This document shows, piece by piece, positions 1 through 5,787 of a stretch of DNA of 64,000 bases. The stretch spans positions 1-64,000 of IMG/VR virus record IMGVR_UViG_3300020159_001814. One strand, 5' to 3'. The stretch is from a virus. The first letter of the stretch is position 1, and each line of letters opens with the position of its first letter. The position numbers and the translations under genes are program-made. The notes beneath the pieces were generated by a model. It did no database searches. It was not told the DNA's origin and saw only the letters and a list, made by a program, of their open reading frames with translations.

Positions 1-44
1 CTTGAACCACAATCAAGCACTCTGCCAACTGAGCTACATACACC
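1..44 (-). tRNA. tRNA-His(GUG), 3' part outside window
   Basis: Revcomp GGTGTATGTAGCTCAGTTGGCAGAGTG-CTTGA-TTGTGGT-TCAAG; encoded G-1. Confidence 0.9.
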
Positions 45-50
45 ATGTAG

Positions 51-120
51 TACCGATAAAGGGTATCGAACCCAATGACATCCAGGATATGAGCCCGGAC
101 CGAAAACCTTTTCTATCGGC
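51..120 (-). tRNA. atypical tRNA-like gene, anticodon CAU (Met/Ile2), reduced D arm
   Basis: Acceptor GCCGATA/TATCGGT, anticodon arm CCGGG-CTCATAT-CCTGG, T arm GGG-TTCGATA-CCC, D region only GAAA-AGGT-TTTC. Confidence 0.65.
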
Positions 121-126
121 ATGTTG

Positions 127-215
127 AGGAAAGCAGTGGTAACGATCCACAATCGGTTTCTCACCGATCACATTGTTTAGCAAACAAGTCCCGTCGCCTT
201 CAGGGATTACTTTCC
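127..215 (-). tRNA. tRNA-Ser(GCU), long variable arm, probable 8/4 fold
   Basis: Anticodon arm TTGT-TTGCTAA-ACAA; variable arm ATCGGT-GAGAA-ACCGAT; acceptor GGAAAGTA/TGCTTTCC. Confidence 0.8.
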
Positions 216-220
216 ATTTG

Positions 221-293
221 TGTTCACGACGGGTTACGATCCCATTACCTCCGACGTATCAGATCGGCGCTCTACCAATTGAGCTACGTGAAC
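221..293 (-). tRNA. tRNA-Ile(GAU)
   Basis: GTTCACG acceptor; CCGAT-CTGATAC-GTCGG anticodon arm. Confidence 0.92.
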
Positions 294-299
294 TTATTG

Positions 300-372
300 C
301 GGACAAGGAAGGGTACGATCCTACAACCTATCGGTTAACAGCCGATTGCTCTACCAATTGAGCTACTTGTCC
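300..372 (-). tRNA. tRNA-Asn(GUU)
   Basis: GGACAAG acceptor; ATCGG-CTGTTAA-CCGAT anticodon arm. Confidence 0.92.
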
Positions 373-381
373 ATTTTGTTG

Positions 382-464
382 TGGGAGAGGAGGGACTCGA
401 ACCCCCAAGGTCTTACGACGACAGATTTACAGTCTGCTGAGCCAACCAATTGCTCAACTCTCCC
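382..464 (-). tRNA. tRNA-Tyr(GUA)
   Basis: GCAGA-CTGTAAA-TCTGT anticodon arm, long variable arm, GGGGG-TTCGAGT-CCCTC T arm. Confidence 0.93.
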
Positions 465-467
465 AAT

Positions 468-590
468 TCAGGAAAGGGGAAGATGGTTCAGTGGACATCC
501 CCTTTTATGATTGGCGTTACTATGACAGTTACAACTCCGATATAACCACGACTACTGACACGTTAACGTTATATCATTCCCCAATCAACC
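468..590 (-). ncRNA. unassigned structured RNA inside the tRNA array
   Basis: Stems TGATTGG/CCAATCA, GATATAAC/GTTATATC, AAAGGGGA/TCCCCTTT; not a cloverleaf. Confidence 0.5.
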
Positions 591-594
591 TTTG

Positions 595-668
595 TACACT
601 CTACAGGGATCGAACCTGTGACCTGTTGTATGTAAAACAACCGCTACTACCATCTGAGCTAAGAGTGT
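595..668 (-). tRNA. tRNA-Val(UAC)
   Basis: GTTGT-TTTACAT-ACAAC anticodon arm; ACAGG-TTCGATC-CCTGT T arm. Confidence 0.92.
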
Positions 669-739
669 GTGTTTTAGTTTCTTGGAACAAAGATAACCAT
701 TTTTTGGTATCTATCGTTCTTTTTTACTAAATTTTTTTG

Positions 740-814
740 TGATCCCGGTGAGTCTCGAACTCACGACCCCTCCATTAAAAGTGGAGTGCTCTAAACCAAC
801 TGAGCTACGAGATC
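740..814 (-). tRNA. tRNA-Lys(UUU)
   Basis: CTCCA-CTTTTAA-TGGAG anticodon arm. Confidence 0.93.
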
Positions 815-873
815 TTCTGTTTGTCATACTTGTCACTTTCCATAACACTTGTTTTTATTTGTTTATTTATTAG

Positions 874-946
874 TCTAAGTGACAGGGCTCGAACCTGCGG
901 CCTGAGAGTCCCAAACTCCCCGCTCTACCAACTGAGCTACACCTAG
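874..946 (-). tRNA. tRNA-Pro(UGG)
   Basis: GGGAG-TTTGGGA-CTCTC anticodon arm. Confidence 0.92.
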
Positions 947-954
947 TTATTTTT

Positions 955-1043
955 TGGAGGAAGAAGTAGGTGTCGATCCCAATACCCGCAAAGGTACCGC
1001 CCGTTTTCAAGACGGGGTCACAAGCCGTTGTGATTCATCTTCC
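955..1043 (-). tRNA. tRNA-Ser(UGA), tRNA-Sec-like architecture, encoded CCA
   Basis: CCCGT-CTTGAAA-ACGGG anticodon arm; 6-bp D stem TCACAA-CGGC-TTGTGA; long variable arm. Confidence 0.8.
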
Positions 1044-1049
1044 TTATTG

Positions 1050-1122
1050 TTTTCCCCCAAGGGTTCGAACCTCGATTCCGTGGACCAAAACCACGTGTCC
1101 TGCCAAGTTAGACGAGGGGAAA
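1050..1122 (-). tRNA. tRNA-Gln(UUG)
   Basis: CGTGG-TTTTGGT-CCACG anticodon arm. Confidence 0.92.
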
Positions 1123-1131
1123 TTATGAAGC

Positions 1132-1149
1132 CAATATGTCAAAGAACTT
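1132..1149 (-). promoter_or_regulatory. boxA-like antitermination element
   Basis: AAGTTCTTTGACATATTG resembles rrn boxA (TGCTCTTTAACA; recalled as GTTCTTTGA in Bacteroidota). Confidence 0.55.
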
Positions 1150-1163
1150 TTTCTTTTTGTTTG

Positions 1164-1236
1164 AGGTTCCTATCAGGTTCGAACTGATGACTCCGGGTTA
1201 CAAAGCCGGGGTATTACCAAACTATACTAAGGAACC
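1164..1236 (-). tRNA. tRNA-Thr(UGU)
   Basis: GGTTCCT acceptor; TTTGTAA anticodon loop; ATCAG-TTCGAAC-CTGAT T arm. Confidence 0.9.
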
Positions 1237-1250
1237 GAATTTTTGGGTAT

Positions 1251-1280
1251 AAAAAAAACCCGAACTTTTTTGGTTCGGGT
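1251..1280 (-). terminator. intrinsic terminator (attenuator) upstream of tRNA array
   Basis: ACCCGAAC-caaaaaa-GTTCGGGT followed by T run. Confidence 0.8.
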
Positions 1281-1314
1281 CTTATATTTCTTTTATATTT
1301 TTAGTTAATCTTTA

Positions 1315-1425
1315 TCAACTCATAAATGAAAATGCCCTAACCTGCGACTTAAGCGTACGATACACATTGAACGACCACTGAATGCTCGGGTTACAAATGT
1401 TCATATGTCTGTTAGTTGTTTTCAT
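1315..1425 (-). CDS. 36-aa putative leader peptide MKTTNRHMNICNPSIQWSFNVYRTLKSQVRAFSFMS
   Basis: Manual translation; lies between promoter boxes (1432-1438, 1471-1478) and the terminator. Confidence 0.55.
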   Translation of the reverse strand: MKTTNRHMNICNPSIQWSFNVYRTLKSQVRAFSFMS

Positions 1426-1470
1426 CTTGTTATAAATATATCGTTATTGTTAAAAGTTTTAATTATTGTA

Positions 1471-1500
1471 CAAATTTAGTTATTTTTTTCTATTTGACAA
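1471..1500 (-). promoter_or_regulatory. Bacteroidota-type promoter (TTG ... TAAATTTG)
   Basis: -7 box TAnnTTTG at 1471-1478, TTG about 19 nt upstream. Confidence 0.6.
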
Positions 1501-1533
1501 GTGTTTTTGTTATTTATTTTTAAATATTCTTCT

Positions 1534-1693
1534 TGTTCTTCCTCCAATCTACGTAAAAACACAACATAATGTGATTTTAACTAAAAAAATATAATTAATG
1601 TTTGAGTATTATTTAAAAACCACACTATAGTATGGTTTTCTCGTCATTTTTTTCAATATTTTCCTGTTCTTCCTCCAATCTACGTAAAAACAC
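1534..1693. repeat. 29-bp exact direct repeat (1534-1562, 1665-1693)
   Basis: TGTTCTTCCTCCAATCTACGTAAAAACAC twice. Confidence 0.9.
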
Positions 1694-1750
1694 GTAATAG
1701 TCTTCAGAATTTATAAATTCTTCATGTATTGTTTGGTGTATATCTTCCAT
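1625..1750 (-). CDS. 41-aa hypothetical protein (MEDIHQTIHEEF...)
   Basis: Manual translation, below ORF-track cutoff. Confidence 0.45.
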   Translation of the reverse strand: MEDIHQTIHEEFINSEDYYVFLRRLEEEQENIEKNDEKTIL

Positions 1751-1760
1751 AATTTTAAAG

Positions 1761-1838
1761 TGGTGATCCCGGAAGGATTCGAACCTTCAACCCTCGCCTT
1801 AGAAGGGCGATGCTCTAATCCAATTGAGCTACGGGACC
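1761..1838 (-). tRNA. tRNA-Arg(UCU), encoded CCA
   Basis: TCGCC-CTTCTAA-GGCGA anticodon arm. Confidence 0.95.
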
Positions 1839-1844
1839 ATATTA

Positions 1845-2069
1845 TTAAATCTTTTTTACCTCATAAACGTGACCTGAGTCTGAGTTGGTTTGAAATATAT
1901 CTTTCATTAACTCTGCTTCTGAAAGTGTTTCAAACTCCCATATTTCGCCTTGGGTATTTAATAAAACGACAGGTACTCTTTTTTTATTGTCCTGCATTTT
2001 AACTTGTTTAATTATTAAAAACATATTCTTTTTTTTTACAAATATAATAAATAAAAAACCCCCAGTCAA
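1845..2069 (-). CDS. hypothetical protein (true start probably MFLIIKQ)
   Basis: ORF track; TATATTTG promoter box at 2039-2046. Confidence 0.65.
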   Translation of the reverse strand: MTGGFLFIIFVKKKNMFLIIKQVKMQDNKKRVPVVLLNTQGEIWEFETLSEAELMKDIFQTNSDSGHVYEVKKI

Positions 2070-2084
2070 TAAAGAAAGGGGGTT
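2053..2084 (-). terminator. intrinsic terminator
   Basis: AACCCCC...GGGGGTT followed by T run. Confidence 0.6.
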
Positions 2085-2102
2085 AATTTTAGTTAGTTGT
2101 AT

Positions 2103-2420
2103 TTATCTACCAATAATTAAATCATCAAAATCTATATTGCTTGAACCCTTTATTTGTCCTTCAATGTCATCGTACATATATGACTTAACAACCGCAGTTA
2201 TTGACTGTTCTGATTGAGCGATTTTTGTTTCCATCCAATCTTCAAGTTCTTCACCTTCTTCCATCATTTCCCACATCTTATATGCTAACGTTGCAATGGT
2301 AAACAATTGTTGTTTTGCCATATAAGAACCATCATGATCGTTTTCTTTTAGAATCCTGACCATTTTTTCTAATTGTTTTTCTGTTATAATAATTTTACCC
2401 ATAATTTTAAATTTTACCAA
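2103..2420 (-). CDS. hypothetical phage protein with IIITEKQ leader
   Basis: ORF track; acidic; probable start MGKIIITE. Confidence 0.75.
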   Translation of the reverse strand: MVKFKIMGKIIITEKQLEKMVRILKENDHDGSYMAKQQLFTIATLAYKMWEMMEEGEELEDWMETKIAQSEQSITAVVKSYMYDDIEGQIKGSSNIDFDDLIIGR

Positions 2421-2827
2421 GTTCTACAAGCCCAATATCTTGGTTTCCATCTTGGGCCAGGGTTGTCACAGTTATGTCTTGCCCTAAACGATTTTCTTCT
2501 TTCAGGGTTATTTTTTTTGATGGTCATTCGTTTACCTTTTGCAGATTTACCACCAAAACCAAAGTTTACTTTAACAACCTTTCCTTTGTCGTTTTTAACA
2601 TAAACTTTAAATTTTTTAATGTCACCTTGCATTATTTTACCAAGTTGTACTTTTCTTCCTTGGTACTCGGCTTCAGTTAAAAAATTAACTTCTTCTACTG
2701 AACCATATATGTCTTCATATAATTTTTTATTACCGAAGAATTCTTCTTTTAAAACTTTTTTTATGATTTCATTAATATTCATATTAATAAATATCACGTA
2801 CATAAAAAAAGGTGGAATTTCTTCCAC
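2414..2827 (-). CDS. conserved phage hypothetical (EAEYQGRKV...ARHNCD...YWACRTW), probable start 2782
   Basis: Motif recalled from large-phage proteins; TATTTAT at 2787-2793. Confidence 0.75.
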   Translation of the reverse strand: MEEIPPFFMYVIFINMNINEIIKKVLKEEFFGNKKLYEDIYGSVEEVNFLTEAEYQGRKVQLGKIMQGDIKKFKVYVKNDKGKVVKVNFGFGGKSAKGKRMTIKKNNPERRKSFRARHNCDNPGPRWKPRYWACRTW

Positions 2828-2830
2828 CTT
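2804..2830 (-). terminator. intrinsic terminator
   Basis: AAGGTGGAA-gaaa-TTCCACCTT followed by T run. Confidence 0.7.
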
Positions 2831-2894
2831 CTAGGGTCGATCACGGATTGTGATTCGAACTACCACCACTTTGTTTTATAGAGAAACAAAGAAA

Positions 2895-3161
2895 CTACCC
2901 CTCTAACTTGGATTTTGCAACTACAACTTCAGCCATTGATACCTCCTTTGCTAGACCAATTACCATACACTCTTTTAGCATTTCTGCCGGTACGTGAATC
3001 AAAAAATCCTTTCCGTTGAACGTTGATAGGTTTTGGTTCAACTCGATAGAAGCGTGAACCATTTTCAAGAATAACTTGAACTGAACCTCATCCATAAAAG
3101 TTTCGTTTAGGACTTCCCCGTATTTAGGGTGAACTATCGTTACGTGTTTTAGTGTTGCCAT
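2895..3161 (-). CDS. hypothetical protein
   Basis: ORF track. Confidence 0.7.
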   Translation of the reverse strand: MATLKHVTIVHPKYGEVLNETFMDEVQFKLFLKMVHASIELNQNLSTFNGKDFLIHVPAEMLKECMVIGLAKEVSMAEVVVAKSKLEG

Positions 3162-3198
3162 ATCTTTGATTTATGTAAAAGTAATATTTTTTTTTTAA

Positions 3199-3612
3199 TT
3201 ATCCAATAGTCTTGTATTCAATTTTTGAAATTGTAATGTTCATGTCACGATTATCGATTCCAAAATATTTTATTTCTTGTGTTATCGCCCCTAAAATCGC
3301 ACTTCTATAGTATCTGTTATATCTTTTAGCATTTCTCTGACAGTAGTCATTACCAATATACCAACCAGTATTACGCATATCAACAATAACGTCCACCTCA
3401 TAAACATATTGCTCTTGGTTATTGGAGTATCTAGTACGTCTGTGTAGATACTTTCTAACTGATTTAATTTTAATAGCTGAGTTATTTAGATCACTGTCCA
3501 AGTAGTAACCATCGTTTTGCAATGGTGTAATTAACATATTTTTAGTCAGTTTTTTAATACCTTTAATGTGTTTGTCTAAAATTGCCTTTCCTATTTTGTC
3601 GTTGTTTTCCAT
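3199..3612 (-). CDS. hypothetical protein
   Basis: ORF track; TATCTTTG box at 3617-3624. Confidence 0.7.
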   Translation of the reverse strand: MENNDKIGKAILDKHIKGIKKLTKNMLITPLQNDGYYLDSDLNNSAIKIKSVRKYLHRRTRYSNNQEQYVYEVDVIVDMRNTGWYIGNDYCQRNAKRYNRYYRSAILGAITQEIKYFGIDNRDMNITISKIEYKTIG

Positions 3613-3644
3613 ACATCAAAGATAGAAAAAAAAATTTAATGCAC

Positions 3645-3681
3645 AAAAAAAATGGATGTAAAATTTTATCTACATCCATCA
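3645..3681 (-). terminator. intrinsic terminator closing the large ncRNA
   Basis: ATGGATGTA...TACATCCAT followed by T run. Confidence 0.7.
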
Positions 3682-3715
3682 ATTTTTTTCCTTATAAGAT
3701 TTTAAACCTAAAAAT

Positions 3716-4545
3716 AAAAACCTGAGATTACAGTTTTTTGTGAGAACCTTTAGAGTCATTATTGTTTCTACTCTTATCCACTTCCTTTTGAGAAGTATTC
3801 CTCAGTGACGATTATTTAGGTGAATCACTCCTTAAGGTATCAATTACTCTCTCATTACTCAACTCTCTTCGAGGATGCCTCCCCAACTATTCCTTGCGGG
3901 ATTAGAGGTTTTTGGTAAGAATGTAGTTCAACTTGCGGTATCACTACGCAACGAACAGCTCGTTACTATGTAGTCACCTTTCATTGACACCTGACGGACA
4001 CTTTTGCTTTCTAGTTATAAATGTTACCTTATTAACATAAAAGTTTTTGTGTCGTGGATTGTCGAAGTAGTGGTCCGTCTTTCAGCTTCGTTATCTTTTG
4101 AACAACGAAATACCAAACTACTCCGTGAAATGTCCCCATTTCCATATTTCAAGACTACTTCGAGATCTAACCCTTGGTGGGGTTCAATCAAGGTTAGTAA
4201 CAGCACCACCTGTACACCAACATACCTTTCGGTTTTAAGTATCCTATCTTATTGGAACACGCAATAATAAAATTGGATAATCTTATTTTTTGCAATATTC
4301 CTACGGGTTATTCCTATTAGTGTTCCCACTTCAAACTGACAACCCACATTGCCAGTTCGTCTAACCACTTTCCCTACAGCGTTGCCCTCGGTACTAAAGG
4401 TTAAACGGTATCCCGCTTGTGTACTCGATCTCGACAAATCCGAAGATTCACCAAGACGCAAATCAGTTACACTTCTGACTCACTTTATCCCACTTTCGTG
4501 GTTTATTTTAATGGACCATACACGGCCCAATGACTTAATTTAGTT
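3716..4545 (-). ncRNA. large structured ncRNA, GOLLD-like (~830 nt; ends approximate)
   Basis: No credible ORF, GC-richer, tetraloop hairpins (CCAC-GAAA-GTGG, ATC-TTCG-GAT, ACC-GAAA-GGT, CC-GCAA-GG), own promoter and terminator, near tRNAs; family assignment from size and context only. Confidence 0.65.
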
Positions 4546-4616
4546 TCACACATAAAGAAAGGGAGGTGTTAATTCGCTTCTTTTTAATTGTGACGACCGT
4601 TTCAGTCGGATTTAGA

Positions 4617-4687
4617 TTTTCAAAGAACGTTTCAGGACTTTTCCTGATTTGTTTTACAAAGTTAAGTCTTTTTTTTCAATTAGACAA
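4617..4687 (-). promoter_or_regulatory. promoter + boxB-like hairpin + boxA-like element for the large ncRNA
   Basis: TTG (4685-87), TAACTTTG (4657-64), TCAGG-aaaagt-CCTGA (4632-47), CGTTCTTTGAAA (4618-29). Confidence 0.6.
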
Positions 4688-4705
4688 GTACCTTGTGAAC
4701 TTTTT

Positions 4706-4852
4706 TTAAACTTTTTCTACGTAGACTTCGTAAGTCCCGTATTTGTTAGCTTGAGCAGTAGCAAACTCACCGTTAGGTGTGTAAAACTTCTCCCCTTTTG
4801 CTCCGTAGTAGTAGTACATTACGTTCTCAACTACTTCAGTGTTTTCACCCAT
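4706..4852 (-). CDS. 48-aa hypothetical protein (MGENTEVVENVMYYYYGAKG...)
   Basis: Manual translation; TAGATTTG box at 4914-4921. Confidence 0.6.
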   Translation of the reverse strand: MGENTEVVENVMYYYYGAKGEKFYTPNGEFATAQANKYGTYEVYVEKV

Positions 4853-5011
4853 TTTTTTTGAGTTTAAAGGTTAATATTTCAATTTATTATTAGGTCGTTT
4901 CCTAATTGTTTTACAAATCTAATATAATTAAATTGTTTTGTCAAACGTTAAAATAAAAAAATTTGAATTTTTTACGGAAGTAAATATAAATATATCTTAA
5001 TATTTCAAAAA

Positions 5012-5419
5012 TCATATTTTTTTATAAAAAATTTGAAGTTTTTTGTTCTTTTTATAATATGTAACGTCAAACTTATCCCAAAAAAATTTAGAATCATTAT
5101 TTTCTAAAAACCTATAAGCTAAAAAATAATCTATTTTCATTTTTTTATAAATTTTGAATGTTTCATCAATTAGTAGTTTACCATACCCCATTCTTCTGTA
5201 TTTTTCTTTAGTAACGACATTTGTGGTGATTAAACAATTTTTATAATTAAATAAAATATCTTCGTTTAATAATTCAGCAAAATCTGATTGTATAATATCA
5301 ATAAATTCATAATTAGTTAAATTTAAAGAACAAATTTTTTCTTCATTATAAACATATACTTCTAACCCCTGTGGTGTGTTAATATCACCAGAAACACCTA
5401 AATTATATTTTAATGACAT
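5012..5419 (-). CDS. GNAT-family acetyltransferase
   Basis: Motif A YRRMGYGKLL; N..S..FW motif B. Confidence 0.7.
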   Translation of the reverse strand: MSLKYNLGVSGDINTPQGLEVYVYNEEKICSLNLTNYEFIDIIQSDFAELLNEDILFNYKNCLITTNVVTKEKYRRMGYGKLLIDETFKIYKKMKIDYFLAYRFLENNDSKFFWDKFDVTYYKKNKKLQIFYKKI

Positions 5420-5787
5420 ATTTATATTATATGAATATCAGTATAAAAGAAAACACATTTAAATGTAGGGTTTGTGCTACACCATTATCAATTCAAGATG
5501 GGATGAAAAATAAAACATTTAACATGAGTTTTAATGGTATGTTTTTTATTTTACCAAATAAAGGTAAACAAAAGTTTTGGATGTACGAATGTATCACCCC
5601 ACTTGATATTTTATTCATAGATGGTGACACAATAACAGAAGTACATAATGATTGTTTACCGTGTGATGTTATAGAAGCTTGTGAAAACTACGGTGGGTAT
5701 GGTGATCACGCATTAGAATTACCAGGCGGTACATGTCAATCATTGGGTATAATATCAGGGGACAAGATAAAAATCGGATTACCTTAA
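5413..5787 (+). CDS. DUF192-family protein (probable start 5431)
   Basis: GM, GMFF, FWM, PLDILFID, ALELPGG motifs. Confidence 0.85.
   Translation: MTYLYYMNISIKENTFKCRVCATPLSIQDGMKNKTFNMSFNGMFFILPNKGKQKFWMYECITPLDILFIDGDTITEVHNDCLPCDVIEACENYGGYGDHALELPGGTCQSLGIISGDKIKIGLP

Noticed and set aside
805-843. Mini-ORF MESDKYDKQKIS running into tRNA-Lys
   Set aside because: 12 codons with no independent support
955-1043. Selenocysteine or opal-suppressor tRNA
   Set aside because: Anticodon reads UGA (Ser), not UCA
173-2002. Plus-strand ORFs 173-361, 491-730, 954-1187, 1724-2002
   Set aside because: Antisense shadows of tRNA genes
4004-4861. Short track ORFs at 4004, 4024, 4249, 4349 and 4649
   Set aside because: The first four lie in the structured RNA with atypical composition; 4649 is antisense to a better minus-strand ORF
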